Origin: the human T2T-CHM13v2.0 reference genome, Homo sapiens
Assembly: GCF_009914755.1 (NCBI RefSeq)
Contig: NC_060947.1
Reading direction: 5' to 3' (one strand)
Length of the DNA: 64,000 nucleotides
The notes under the pieces: model-generated
Told to the model about the DNA's origin: nothing
The model's input: only the letters and a program-made list of their open reading frames with translations
Databases searched by the model: none
Translations under genes and position numbers: made by a program
Shown: positions 21,950 through 50,512 of the stretch, piece by piece
How the letters are laid out: every line of letters begins with the position of its first letter
Numbering within the stretch: position 1 is the first letter of the stretch

Positions 21950-22625
21950 TCAAGAGAAAGAGAGCATGGCATATACCGATCATTGAAAATGGAATTTAGA
22001 ATTGCTGAGGTACAGAGTGTGAGATGAGGAGTGGTGATAAATGAAGCTGATGCAGGAGCCAGATGTAGGGCCTTGTAAGTCACTTAAAGAATTTTGAATT
22101 TTCTCTTAAGGGGACTGGGAAGTCACTGAAGGGTTTTTGTTTTAGAATATATTCTCTGGCTATAGTGTGGGACATGATTTGAGGGTAAAATAAGAGTGGG
22201 GGCAAGTAGATGAATTAGGAGACAGTTGCAATAAAGTTTGAGATGACAGTGACCTGGACCAGGGTAGTGGCATTAGGAAAAAAGGTGAAGTATATGGATC
22301 CAGTGAATATTTAGCAAATAAACCTGAAAGGATTTGGTGGTAAAATAGAGAGAGGATGGTGTGAAGGTTTTAGACTTGGGGAACTGGGTTGATAGTGCCA
22401 TTCACTGACATAAGAAACACGAGAGGAGGAGTGGGCTTAGGCTGAGAGGGTGGGGAAGGAAGTAGCTTAGTATGGGAAATAGTGAATTTGCGATGACTAT
22501 GGAGCATGAAAATAGGCAGATGGCTACCCGGGGTCTGAAGCTCAGAAAAGAGGTCTGGATTGAACATACATTTGTGTGAAGTCAGTGTATAATAAGCAGC
22601 TGAAGCCAAGAGAATGGATAAGATG
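21950..22625 (-). mobile_element. L2 fragment
   Basis: Purine-rich antisense L2-like motifs (agatgtagggccttgtaag, gggaagtcactgaagggtttt, ctcagaaaagaggtctggattg). Confidence 0.6.
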
Positions 22626-23360
22626 AGCCTAGTCAAAAACAGCAAAGCGGGCAGGCACAGTAGCTCATGCCTGTAATCCCAGCACTTTGGGAGGCCAAGG
22701 CAGGCAGATCACTTGAGGTCAGAAGTTTGAGACTAGACTGGCCAATGTGGTGAAACCCCATCTCTACTAAAAATACAAAAATTAGCCAGGTATGGTGGCA
22801 CGCGCCTGTAATTCCAGCTACTCAGGAGGCTGAGGCACGAGAATCACGCCACTGCACTCCAGCCTGGGTGACAGAGCGAGACCCTGTCTCAAAAAAAAAA
22901 AAAAGCAAAGCATAACATGTGGCCCTGGAGCCCCATATCTTTTACCTCAAGTAACTTCACACCAGTGGCAGAAGAGAAACCAGATCACAGTGAATTGAAG
23001 AGTGGGAGGTGAGGAAAAATAAGGTGAATGAAGGGGAAGAAAGAGAGATGACAGGAACTGAAAGAGGATATGAATTTGTATAGCACCCATTTATGCTGTC
23101 CAATTAACCCTTTGCTATATATACTGTCTTATATTATAATATGAATATATGGTATCATCCCCTTCAAAAAATGCCTCACATGCATGTCTAGTCTTCCCAG
23201 TAAAATGAAAGCTCCTCATGGAGCTTTTTTAAAATGTCTTTAGGCTGGGCACAGTGGCTCACGCCTTCAGTCCCAGCACTTTAGGAGGCCGAGGCAGGTG
23301 GATTGCTTGAGTCCAGGAATTCGAGAGCAGCGTGAGCAACGTGGTAAAATCCCATCTCTA

Positions 23361-23723
<363 letters not shown>

Positions 23724-24799
23724 TTAAAAGGTTGATTTGTGAGCACATTTTTTTTTAAAAAGGGAAAAAATGTTTTTTAAAAAAAACAGAAAACAAACAA
23801 AAATAAATAAAACAAACGGAGTTTATATCCACAAAGGATATATTAACATCAGATTATATAAGCCTGATAAACTATCTTTCTTGACTCAAGATATTTTTAT
23901 AAAAAGCCTGACTAACCAGAATTGGGGACAAGAAGTTTAGTGAGAAGAAACTTACTCTTAGCTGTAATGTTTAAATATTTTTATAAGGAGAATGTACTCA
24001 CATGTTACCTATGTAATTAAACAACAACCGGAAAAAAAAAACCGAAAAGGCTAAAGAAATAAAATGCTATTCTTCCCCTTTCCAGGCTCCTTGCAGATAA
24101 CCAGGCTTTACCCTTCTATTCATAGATCACTATTTCAGATGGCCAATTTATAAGGCAGTTGAGTAAGTTAGGATTTCTTTACATTATTACATTTCATTCT
24201 CTTTTTCCTGAGGCCATATACTCTGGTCTTTGATGGAAACCTAAAAAACATTCCAGTCTCATTAAAAGAAAACCTAGCTCTCTCAGGGTAGATTAATTCT
24301 GCAGATGTATGCCTTCAGATAGCTGTTTTTATCCATTTTGTTTCATTTTACTTCATTTTCAGACAGTGACCTTTTCCCATCCTTACTTGCAAATTCTGAG
24401 AGCCCCTTTCTATAAGGCACCTTTCCTCCTTTTTAAATAATGTGCAGGAGCACTTGTTGACAGATAGAGCATTAAAAGAAACGGACACATTAATAGGTTT
24501 TATCAGTAAGATTTTAGAAGTCTGAACTAGATAACCTCTGTTCCTTACATTTGATGAAGATTCTGATTAAGGTAGAATAGCCTTGGCTGCCTCAAACATT
24601 TCTCTTTGCCTCTGGCACCAAGGAGGACACAGACCAAGCCACACCAGGACGATCTCCACTCAAGAATAGCACGTTTGGACTGTGTGAAAGGTCCCCATTT
24701 TACAATAAACAAGCTTCCCTATAACTTTGAAACACTAATCCCAGGAAAACACTAGAAATTGGTTCAAGGTAGTATTGTGACAGGTCTGTTGGGTCAGAT

Positions 24800-25690
24800 C
24801 CTATATACAACAGCAGGTGAAAGTAGATGAACAGTAGCAATCCCTTATTTGATGGATTGATTTCAACATAGGAAAGGTGTCTAGTCAGGCTGCAAATATT
24901 TGAGCTCCGCTCTGCCTTTTTTGATATTTTAAGATAGTCATTTGTATGAAGACACTTAGTGGCATACTAATCAAATTTGCAGATGATAAACTGGAAAAGA
25001 AGCTAGTACAACTGGATGACATTCAGGAGTCAAAAGAAGTTTGACAAGCAGGAATGATAAGCTAAATTTCTTAGGCTGAAAAGACAGAGATCAAATTAAA
25101 GCCTCATACTAGGTCCTAAAACATAAGCATTTAAGTACCAAATGGATAAATATAGTTGAGTTTTTAGTCTTAGTGATTTCAACTAACTATAGGCTCAACG
25201 TAATTCAACAGAGTGATCAATGTGGCTGTCAAAAAAAAAAAAAACAAGAAAAGAAAAGAAAAAAAAGCTAACAATTTTGGCCTGCATGAGTAGTAGCATA
25301 GGGTCTAGAACAAAGAAAATCACTAACCCACTCTTCTGTACTGATCAGAACATGTACCTGAAATAGTACATTTCATTCTAGATGCCAATCTTTAAAGAGA
25401 GATATTCATGAGCTGAAGTATGAACAGAACAGAATAACCAGAATGATGAGGAGATCTTCAAACTCTGCCATGAGAGTAATGGCAGTAAAGGAACTGCAGA
25501 TGTTTAGCACAGAGAAGACAAGACTTAGTAGAGGAAACCAATGGCCACTGTTTTCAAATATAAAGGGTTGCCCAATAATGAAGGAGACTGTCTCTCGAGC
25601 AATTTCCTCAAATAATGAAGTATTCAAGCACAGATCTAAACTCACTTGGTGGAGATATTGGAAGGGATTCAAAAGCCTGGGATAAATCCT
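24800..25690 (+). mobile_element. L3/CR1 reverse transcriptase and 3' relic
   Basis: From 24961 reads GILIKFADDKLE (CR1 KFADDTKL motif), followed by CR1-like 3' ORF2 sequence. Confidence 0.7.
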
Positions 25691-27520
25691 AGGTCTCTCA
25701 GCTAAAGGAGCCCCAAAGTGATGACACCTCAGTAGCAATAAGTATACCCCAGCACAGAGATCCTGGTTGCTAAATATCATTCCCCACTTAAGGGAGCCAG
25801 GCTTCCTTGGAGAAATAGCTGATTCCAAGGTTAGGGCCAGGAAAATACATGATAAGCCTGAAATATTCCTGTTGTCCCAGAAAGTAAGAAAGTGCCAAAG
25901 AATGATGGAGGCATGTCAATGGACACAGAAACCAGCTTGAAGAAGCTCCCACTGACCAAATCTGGGCCAATTAGAGCATCAAAATAAACAGTAAAACGTT
26001 ATAACTCATGTAATAAGTAAGAATCCATGAGTCCATACTGATAATCAATTAATTAATCAATACATAGGGTAAAAGGAAAGCTCTTCTTTACAATTGAATG
26101 CCAGCAAATAAGTGTAGAACTAATGATGTATTTAGAAAATCACCATTTTTGAAATATAATAGTAATAACTGATTCAGGCAATAATCAATGAATGTTAAAA
26201 TCTATTGGCTGAGACTTTGATATGGAATAGGACATTTTATACAGTCTCAAAGTGTCCCCCCACAAATTGCATATTTATTACAAAGGTAAAAATGGTAACT
26301 TTAGAGTGGAGAAACCTGGCAGACCCTACTTTAACCAAGTAGTCAAAGTTAATATCACCAATAATGGGGCAAAGTGATATCATGTACCTCCTGTTGCCAA
26401 TGCACTGAGAACACATCACTTCTGTGATATTCCTACAAAAAGAAGCATAATCTGAATCTAATCATGAGGAAACATTAGACAAACCCAAACTAAGGAACAT
26501 TATACAAAATATCTGGCCTGTACTCTTCAAAAGTGTCAATGTCAGGAAAGACAAAGAAAAGCTGAGAAACTACTCCAAATTAAAGGCAATTAAAGTGACA
26601 TGACAACTAAATTCAATGTATAATCCTGGACTGTATTCTGGACTGGGGAAAAATGCTATAAAGGAAATTATTAGGACAAGAGGTAAAAGCTGAATGTGGA
26701 CAGCAGTGGTATTACATCAATGTTAATTTTCCTGATTTTGATCATTATGCTGTGGTTTTGTAAGAGGATGTCCCTGTTCTCAGGAAAGATATGCTGAAGT
26801 ATTTAGGAGTATAGGGGCCTTATGTCTCCAGGTTATTCTGATTCAGAGAAAAAATAGATAAAGATAGAGATAGAATGATAAAGCAAATGTGGCAACATGT
26901 TAAAAATATATGAATCTGGGTTAAGGGTAAGTGGAAGTTCTTTGTAATATTACTGTAACTTTTCTTTAAGTTTGAAATAATTTTGAAGTTTTTAAAAGCT
27001 TTGAATGATTAAAAAAGACAGAAAACTATACTAAATGTTCTCTAAAGTTCTAACAAGGCCATCAGCAAGAGATAAATTCTAAAACTAAGGCTTTTAGCAA
27101 AGGAGACAATAATATTAAATAATTTTTAAGACTTAGAAAAGCTACTAACAGATTAAAAATAGGCTTTCTGTAATAGAAATAACATGGTATTTTGTGTCAC
27201 ATAGACCAGGATTCAAATCCTTGCTCTATCATTTATTATTTGTATGATCTTGAACCAAGTCATTTAGCTTTTCTCAGCCTTAATCTCTTTATGTTGTAAA
27301 GGCAATACTACCTACTTCTCTAGTTACACACATATATATTTCCCTAACATACAAAAAACTTTTACAAATCATTGCATATCAACATGAAAAAGATGAACAC
27401 CCCAATAGACAAATGCACAAAGAACAGTCAATTCATGATAAATTATATACAAATAGTCAATAAATACAGTATGTGCAAACCTCACCAGTAATAAAAGAAA
27501 TGCCAATAAAACTGAAATAT

Positions 27521-32305
<4,785 letters not shown>

Positions 32306-33981
32306 AGTTGTGGACAGAGAATGAGATATTGGAATTGTATATTTTCAGATATAGAGTAATTCTGGGAAATGACAAAATCCAGAATGAGGCTAATAAATTT
32401 TCTTGCAGAAGTAGAGTGGAGAAGAGCACTAGAAATGGTCAAGGAGCTGTGAAGGTAGAGTGTTGCTTGGCCAGTTCATCCACAGGAGCATTGTGATGGG
32501 CTGGGAGGTAGAGAGCAGATGCTCAAGTCTCCATAGAATATCAGGAAATATTCAAGAAGGCAATAAATGACTACATCGAGAAGGAATAAAAGGTAATATT
32601 GCAAAAGGCATGAGCCTTAAAAGAGAGGCCTTTAATGTGAGGGTTGAAAGCAAAGGTCTAGAAGCAGTGATGAAGAGTAGGAATGATGATGACTTCTGGG
32701 AAACAAAAATTACAATGATTAATAACTCTCCAGTATCAGTGAGGTATAAGAAAACAGGCATTCATGTATGCTTGGTAAGAAGGTACATTAGAAAAAACTT
32801 TCTGGATAAAAATTTGGCAGTATTTATCAATTTTTTTAATGTTTGTGTCATTTGATTCAGCAGTTTCAAATCCACAAATCTATCCTACAAATATATTCAC
32901 ATGTACCCAAACATACATGTATTAGCATTTCACTGTGGCATTGTTTGTAAAACTGGAAACAACCTAAATGTTCATCAGTAGGGATATTTGTTCAATCAGT
33001 TATGTGAGGCTTTCACTCAAGAACCATAGCAATACAGAGGGCACACCCTGGGAGAGAAGCCGGGTTTCAGTTAAAGCAAGCAAGTGGAGAGAGAATTCAG
33101 TGAGGAAATTTAGGGTACAGTAGAGTCTGTCTACAATGGTACCAGTTTTCCAGAAAACATAGTACAAATAATTGGCAAGAGAGGCAATAGTGGGTGGATG
33201 ATGGAGGGTAAGGAAAAGTGTAGAAGAACAGAAGGAAGCCCAAAGGGGTTCAAGACAGAGTGAACAAAAAGGCAGATGATCAAAAAGGCTTGCAGTATTA
33301 ATTGGTTTTCAGTTAACTGGACTCTTCAGTCTAAAATGCCCTTCCCGGCCCTTGAAAATCCAGGAAACTCCTACTCATTCTTTAAATCTCAGACCAAAAA
33401 CTATCTTTTCTATGAAGCCTTCCCTGATGGCCTATGGTCGAATTATGAACAAGTGCAATCCTATTATAGGATTTATTACTTCTGATTAGGAGTATTTAAT
33501 GTGAAGCTTATGGATAGGCATCAGGGAGCACGTCCAGGTTTAAAATTTATGCAAAATTCTGTGTACATTTGTGCATTTTTCTAGCGGGGAAAGTCCAAAG
33601 ACTTTTTTTTTTCTTTGCAATTTCACGCTGGTAATTTTTCTTTTTTAAAAGGTAAGCCACTAATAATTTAAGAAAAATATTTAAACCAAAAGTTGCATAT
33701 TAATATTATACACAAATTGAAACACAAGTGACTTTTAGCACAGTGTATACATGCTTACATAAACTCAAATAGTTACACATTTAAAATAATTTCCATTTAA
33801 CATATGAAAGTTCTGAAATACATAAAAGCATTAATACTTTCTATAAATCTACAGTTAGAACATCAATTTGCTACAAGCATATAAAAATATCAAGTGCTTT
33901 CTTGGAGTTTCCAGTTTCGTCCCTAAAACACAATCTTGGTCATAACAATCTAATTGCATATAAAACTTTAAAAGCAGGCTT

Positions 33982-37089
<3,108 letters not shown>

Positions 37090-37538
37090 TGAACACCTGT
37101 AGTTCTATCCTCTGTTGTTCCACTAGGCACCACGTTTATCTGGATAAGTAACAGAAGGTTGCATCTGACAGATACTAACACTAAGCTTACATACTGTATG
37201 AAAAAACCTAGCACCGTTATGTGTGCTTGCTATAGGTATACATCTGATGCACATGAAAGCAGATGAGATTCACACCCTTTGGGGACAGGAGAGTTTACTT
37301 TGCCTTGACTGGTTCTCGTTCTCACTAGTGAACCCTAAATTTTTGTTTATAAAGATACTCTTTTCAAAAATCTTGTAACATTGATGGTAAAGGGAGCCCA
37401 TTAATTCCATCATATGTAGTACACCTGCAGATTACTGTACAACAGATATACTACAGCTAAAAGGGAAAGTCCTATCTAGTAATATAGTAAGCAACAGTTC
37501 AAAAAACATGCAATAACTGGGATCTTTATAATGTTCTT

Positions 37539-37890
37539 TTCTATTAAACTTTAAGTGCTGGGATACATGTGCAGAACACGCAGGTTTGTTACATAGGTAT
37601 ACATGTGCCATGGTGGTTTGCTGCACTCATCAACCCATCATCTACATTAGGTATTTCTCCTAATGCTATCCCTCCCTAGCTCCCCACCCCCCGACAGGCC
37701 CCAGTGTGTGATGTTCCCCTTACAGCCCCCACGCCGTGTCCATGTGTTCTCATTGTTCAACTCCCACTTATGAGTGAGAACATGCGGTGGTTGGTTTTCT
37801 GTTCCTGTGTTAAGTTTGCTGAGAATGATGGTTTCCAGCTTCATCCATGTCCCTGCAAAGGACATTAACTCATCCTTTTTTTATGGCTGC
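37539..37890 (-). mobile_element. 5'-truncated L1PA 3' end inserted in the SOCS5 pseudogene CDS
   Basis: Primate L1 3'UTR sequence flanked by a perfect 12-bp TSD tataatgttctt (37527-37538 and 37891-37902). Confidence 0.9.
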
Positions 37891-38482
37891 TATAATGTTC
37901 TTAAAGTCCTGTTACAGTGGAGGAGTGACATAAACAGGGGTCATGGGCATCAAAACCAAAGTTGTGATTACTGCTCAATTCAGGCCTGCAAGGATCTGTT
38001 GTAGCCCCAGAAGTTCACAGAGAAGAGGCAGTCCCTTTGCCCAGCATCCCTGAGCAAAAATGTGTCTTCACATTTCCCTTCTAGAAGGGCTTCTGATTCA
38101 TAACGGTCCATCACTCTCCAATAACAAGGATTCCCTGTAGTCTGAAGCAGTATCTGTAATCAGCCTGTGTGTGGACTTCCCAAGCTCCCTGTCTGCTAAC
38201 ATGGGCATGTACCTCATGCTGCTTCTGCCCTCCATGGCTGCAAACACAGGGTGGCTGTATACTCTTTCAGGTCACAATTAGCATGTGGAACTGCAGAACT
38301 GTCCCCACTTATTTCAGTCGTTCCAGGAGCTAACTTTGGTCCCAGTTTATTTAATGGATTAACCTGTGCAGTCGCTTCAAACATATGCATTTGTGCATCG
38401 GGAGGGGGATCAACCCCTTCTTCAATACTAAGCAGTCTTCTCTCTCTAAACTATCTTCATCTTCTGTAGAAACCAAATATGG

Positions 38483-38800
38483 GGCTGGGTGAGGTGGCTC
38501 ACGCCTGTAATCCCAGCACTTTGGGAGGCCGAGGTGTGCCGATCACCCGAGGTCAGGAGTTCCAGACCAACCTGGCCAACATGGCGAAAATCTGTCTCTA
38601 TTAAAATACACAAAAATTAGCTGGGCGTGGTGGCAGGCATCTGTAATCCCAGCTACTCAGGAGGCTGAGGCAGGAGAATCACTTGAACCCAGGAGGCAGA
38701 GGTTGCAGTGAGCCAAGGTTGTAGTGAGCCAAGATTACACCACTGCACTCCAGCCTGGGCAATGGATTGAGACTCCGTCTCAGAAAAAAAGAAAAAAAAA
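38483..38800 (+). mobile_element. AluS inserted in the SOCS5 pseudogene CDS
   Basis: Full Alu with approximate TSD aaccaaa(t/g)atgg and an internal 16-bp tandem duplication at 38701-38732. Confidence 0.9.
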
Positions 38801-40107
38801 ACCCAAAGATGGATCAAATGCATCAAAAAATGTTGAATGTGGGCTCACAGGAGCTGTATGCTGTTTAATCAAATGCCATTTGGGGGCTAAATCTGAGCCA
38901 GCAGGAAAAGGGCATTTCTCCAGCATTCATTCAGAAAAATAGATTTTTCTTTTATTGGAAAAGAGAGGCTTTGACTGCTTGTTATAAGTTCTCATGGGAA
39001 AACACAAGCCCACAGTATCCTGCAACCTGTCTCAGAGAGCGACTTCCCTACAGTTCTTCTGGAAACATTGTCCATGTCCTGTACAGAGCTTAGCACCTCT
39101 CTCTCCTTTGAAGTCCACTTTGAGTTCTACCAAACTTTTTATCAGTATCCAATGAATCCTGGGTCACTGTAACAGAAATGTTTCTCTTCCCACCCCATGG
39201 AGCATGTCAAAAGTAGGAATCTCTTCGTGCAAGTCTTGTTCCTGGGGTAACACAAAAATCATTATCCTTTTTGATACTTATTTCAACAATTTGAGGGATT
39301 TCAGTGGCACAATGTTGGTTTCTCTTTGAAGAATTCTTTGAAGGGCCTGGCATGCCAGGTGTAAGGCAACATTTTCTCTTAAGGGATTACTTTGTTGCCG
39401 AGCAGCTGAGTCTCCTATATTGATGTTTTTTCTTTTTGACAAATATCTGTCGGAGTTCATATCCAGATTTTCACTACGGCTTCCTCCCTCATGACTGAAG
39501 ACATTCTGTTACCTGTATTTGAAGTTATTCCACATTTTTTCCCACTTTATCCACTGATTATAAAAATCATTCAGGGCATGTGGGGCAGCCTCATCCAAGG
39601 CACCTGCAGCAAGGCAGGACGGACAGAGGCCGCAGTCACCGACAGGGTAAGTCCAACTGCCTTCTGGTGCCACCTGTCCCCTCCGACTGCCCAGCAAGTG
39701 CAGCCTGGCTTCCTCCTGACAGAGCTCAGGGAACCCAGCTCTGCTGCCTGCTTCCGCCAGGCCCCCACCCATTCCCCAGCCATTTCCCCCTCTTCACCCA
39801 TTTCCCCTCCCCCCACAATCCCCCATTCCCAAGTCCACAAGTTTTGTTTTTTTGTTTTTGTTGTTGTTTGAGACAGGGTGTTGCTCTGTTGCCTAGGCTG
39901 AAGTGCACTGCAACCTCGACCTCCTGGGCTCAAGCGATCCTCCTACATCAGCCACTTGAGTAGCAGGAACCACAGGCACATGCCGCCATGCCCAGCTAAT
40001 CTTTTTATTTTTTGTGGAGATGAGGTCTCTCACTATGTTGCCCAGGCTGAAGTCCACCATTTTTAATGAACTGCTGGAACACTTATTGTGGTGTAATTTG
40101 CTCATCA

Positions 40108-40332
<225 letters not shown>

Positions 40333-40944
40333 TTAATAGCTGCAGTGAGGTTGAGGCTGCAGTAAGCCGTGGTTGTGCCACTGCACTCCAGCCTGGGTGA
40401 CAGCAAGACCCTGTCTCAAAAAAAACAAAAGTTTACAGATGAGAAAGAAAGAGAAGTAAACACAGGATTACAAAATAATATAAAACATAAAAGAAGCCTA
40501 AATAAAAGGAGAGACATATCATTACTGAAAACTTTAATAAACAGAGGGATATATTATGTTCCTGGTTGGGACAATTTAATAATGTAAAGATATCCACTCT
40601 CCCCAAATTAAGCTGAAATTTCAACATAATCTCAACTAAAATCTCAACAACATTTTTTTGGAGAATGTATTGGCTGATTCTAAAAATCCTTGTAGAAGGA
40701 AAAGTGAACTAGTTAGGCAAGAAATGTCTGAAAACAACAGGGAAGACTTTATCAGGTATCAAAACTATGATAAAGCCATAGCAGTAATATAAAAAGTGTG
40801 ATTTTGGCATAAGAACAAACATCAGTGAAACAAAATAGATGGTCCAGAAACAGATTTGTGTGTATAAGGGAATTGGGTATATAATAAAGGTGTCATTTCA
40901 AGTCGTTGGAGAAAGTAAATCATATAGTGATGATTACCTATTTG

Positions 40945-41012
40945 TTAGGTTGGTGCAAAATAAATTTGCCATTTTTAATGGCAAAAACTGCAATAACTTT
41001 GCACGAACCTAA
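40945..41012. mobile_element. MADE1 (Hsmar1 mariner MITE)
   Basis: ttaggttggtgcaaaa...ttgccatt...aatggcaaaaactgcaataactttgcacgaacctaa; palindromic, with a partial deletion in the left arm. Confidence 0.85.
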
Positions 41013-41092
41013 TATTTGAAAAAGAATTAAGTTATAGCAATATCTCATACCATTCACAAAAGTAACTTCTAAACAGTTTAAAGAATTAAAAC

Positions 41093-42053
<961 letters not shown>

Positions 42054-42196
42054 AGAAGCCAGTCTTAAAAGGTTATATACTGTATGATTACATGACAGGT
42101 TTGAAAAGGCAAAACTATAGTGACAAAAAACAGGCAGTGATTACTGGGAAGTAGAGGGGAGGAGTAGGCTATAAAGGAGAACTGGGAATTTTTTGA

Positions 42197-46801
<4,605 letters not shown>

Positions 46802-46919
46802 TTAATTAGAAAAATAAATAAAAGCAAGGAGGTCAAGCCCACTGACATTGAGGAAGAAGGGATTTTCTGAGTAGGGGCTGTAAGGGCTAATGTACTTACT
46901 GCAGTGGTCTTAGAGCTGA

Positions 46920-47750
46920 TGAGTCTAGGAAGGAACCACAAGGGGTGAAATCAGGCAACAGAGGCGGCAGCTGGCTGAAATGGTGGAGGCCACCTAGATG
47001 GCGGAACTTTCTGGGTCACACACTTCCTGCTCCCTTCCTGAGACTTAATACAAAAAAGGCCTTCACAGCAGCAGAGTGCAGCCTCTCCCGCTTCTGCCGC
47101 GAATCGGGCCACAATGCTTGCAATAAAGAACTTCATCCTGAGGCCCGCAAAGTATTGTCCCATTCCCTGGTCCCTGATCCCCACTCCCCAGGCCCAGGCC
47201 CATGACTTCAACGGCCCCATCTCAGGAAGAGCCCCAGGCTGGCGTTTGTGGAACGAAACCGGCAGCCTAAGGCAGGACCTTCCTAACGGCTGGACAAGCG
47301 GACTACGGCTTCATTCACCACGGCACAACCAGAGACATTCTGAGACGCCAGAAGCGTGACCGGGGTAGAGGATACCTAGGTTGCAGGAAAGCGCAGTTAC
47401 CAAATCGGGCCTCTGGAGCTCCCAGGAAACCCGCTGACAGCTCCAGGGGCGCGGGGCAGGCCTCGCTTTCGAAAGCAGCGCCACAGCGTTCCTATTGGTC
47501 TTCCATTCCAGCCAACCAGCAGGTTTCCCTGTGATCCACCCCTCAACTAAGAGGCCAATCAGAAGAGGGTATGTGCTTCCCATTGTGTACGACAGGTATG
47601 TGCTTCCCATTGCGTACGACCAATTAAAGCTTATTTCTGATTGACACTTGGACAGCCAACCAGAAGGCCTGGTAATCCGACCTCTTATTATGGTCACCAT
47701 CATGATCTTGGTCCCCATCCTTGTTCCATCCCTGCCAGGAATCAAACGTA
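46920..47750. promoter_or_regulatory. Orphan CpG-retaining, CCAAT-rich promoter/enhancer-like island
   Basis: Non-repeat sequence with many CpGs. CCAAT/ATTGG at about 47494, 47555 and 47620, two CAGCCAACCAG variants, GC-box-like GGGGCGCGGGGC near 47446, ETS CACTTCCTG near 47021. Confidence 0.45.
47567..47620. repeat. 27-bp tandem duplication
   Basis: gggtatgtgcttcccattgtgtacgac / aggtatgtgcttcccattgcgtacgac. Confidence 0.95.
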
Positions 47751-48376
47751 TGGATCTGGGAGAAATAACTAGACAAGGGGTCCAAGCTGGAGGGATGGTG
47801 GCTCAAGAGACAAAGTAATATTTCCCCGAGTATCAAAGCAGGTTGCCCATGAGGTCAGAAGAGCATGTAGTTGAGCTGTCAGTGCTGCTCTGGGCTTGAC
47901 CTCAAGTAGTGACAATCTGAAAAAGGTACTGGTTGTGAGAGCGCCTCAGCTAATGTTGCTTTGTCACTAGGCTAATCGCTTCATCTTCCCCCAGAGTCAG
48001 ATGGGAAGAAACTTACAAACACTCAGGGCCTTTAATTAAGTGTGATGGTTTATTTATGGTGAAGAGTGGTCAGTATCCTCAATTAGCAGCAATAGATACT
48101 GCCTCTAGAACGACCAAAAGTAAATGTGTGGGGAAACTAAAACCTGACAGTGGTATCATTACAACTAAATGTACCAGAAAATGCAAATTAAAACCATGAA
48201 ATATGATTTTCACCAAATAGTTTGGATAATTATCAATTATTTAAATTTTTACCACTTTTGGCAAGGAAATTTTTGTGAACAGAATTTCCCCACTTTGGGT
48301 GGGGAAACATTCTCATTTGCTGTCACTGGAAGCCTAAACTGCATTCTTTAAGAAAGCAATTTAGCTTTAGCTATCA

Positions 48377-48619
<243 letters not shown>

Positions 48620-49039
48620 TCAAAATCTATCCTACAGAAATACTTACACACTGGAGCAAGGTTATATGTAGCATTATTTATAATAGTGAATGATTGGAGA
48701 CAAATTTGCATCAATAGGTGAATCATTAAATTGTGATACAACCATACCATGAAATGTTATGCAGTCATTTTTTAAATGAGGTAAATTTCCATGTATTAAT
48801 GCAAGAGGAGGTCCAGAATACAATGCAAAGTGAAAAAAGTTGCAAAACAGTACATATAATATCCCATTTCATTTAAAAAAAACCTATATACAAATGTGTG
48901 GGTATTCATATATGTATATATGTGTATATTAATATATAAACACAAACAGAACAACATCTGGGAAGACACACACCAAATTAAGTTATTCTTGGAGAATGGG
49001 AGTGGTGAGAGGGACTAAGGAAAAATCTTTCACTTTTTA

Positions 49040-50512
<1,473 letters not shown>

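Noticed and set aside
24549-24718. Possible minus-strand exon (TATAG|...AAT|GTAAGG)
   Set aside because: Poor polypyrimidine tract and no recognisable peptide; consistent with chance.
47311-47745. 144-aa ORF across the promoter-like island
   Set aside because: Non-ATG start; the repeated SY(A/T)MGSTY merely reflects the 27-bp duplication, and no homology is recognised.
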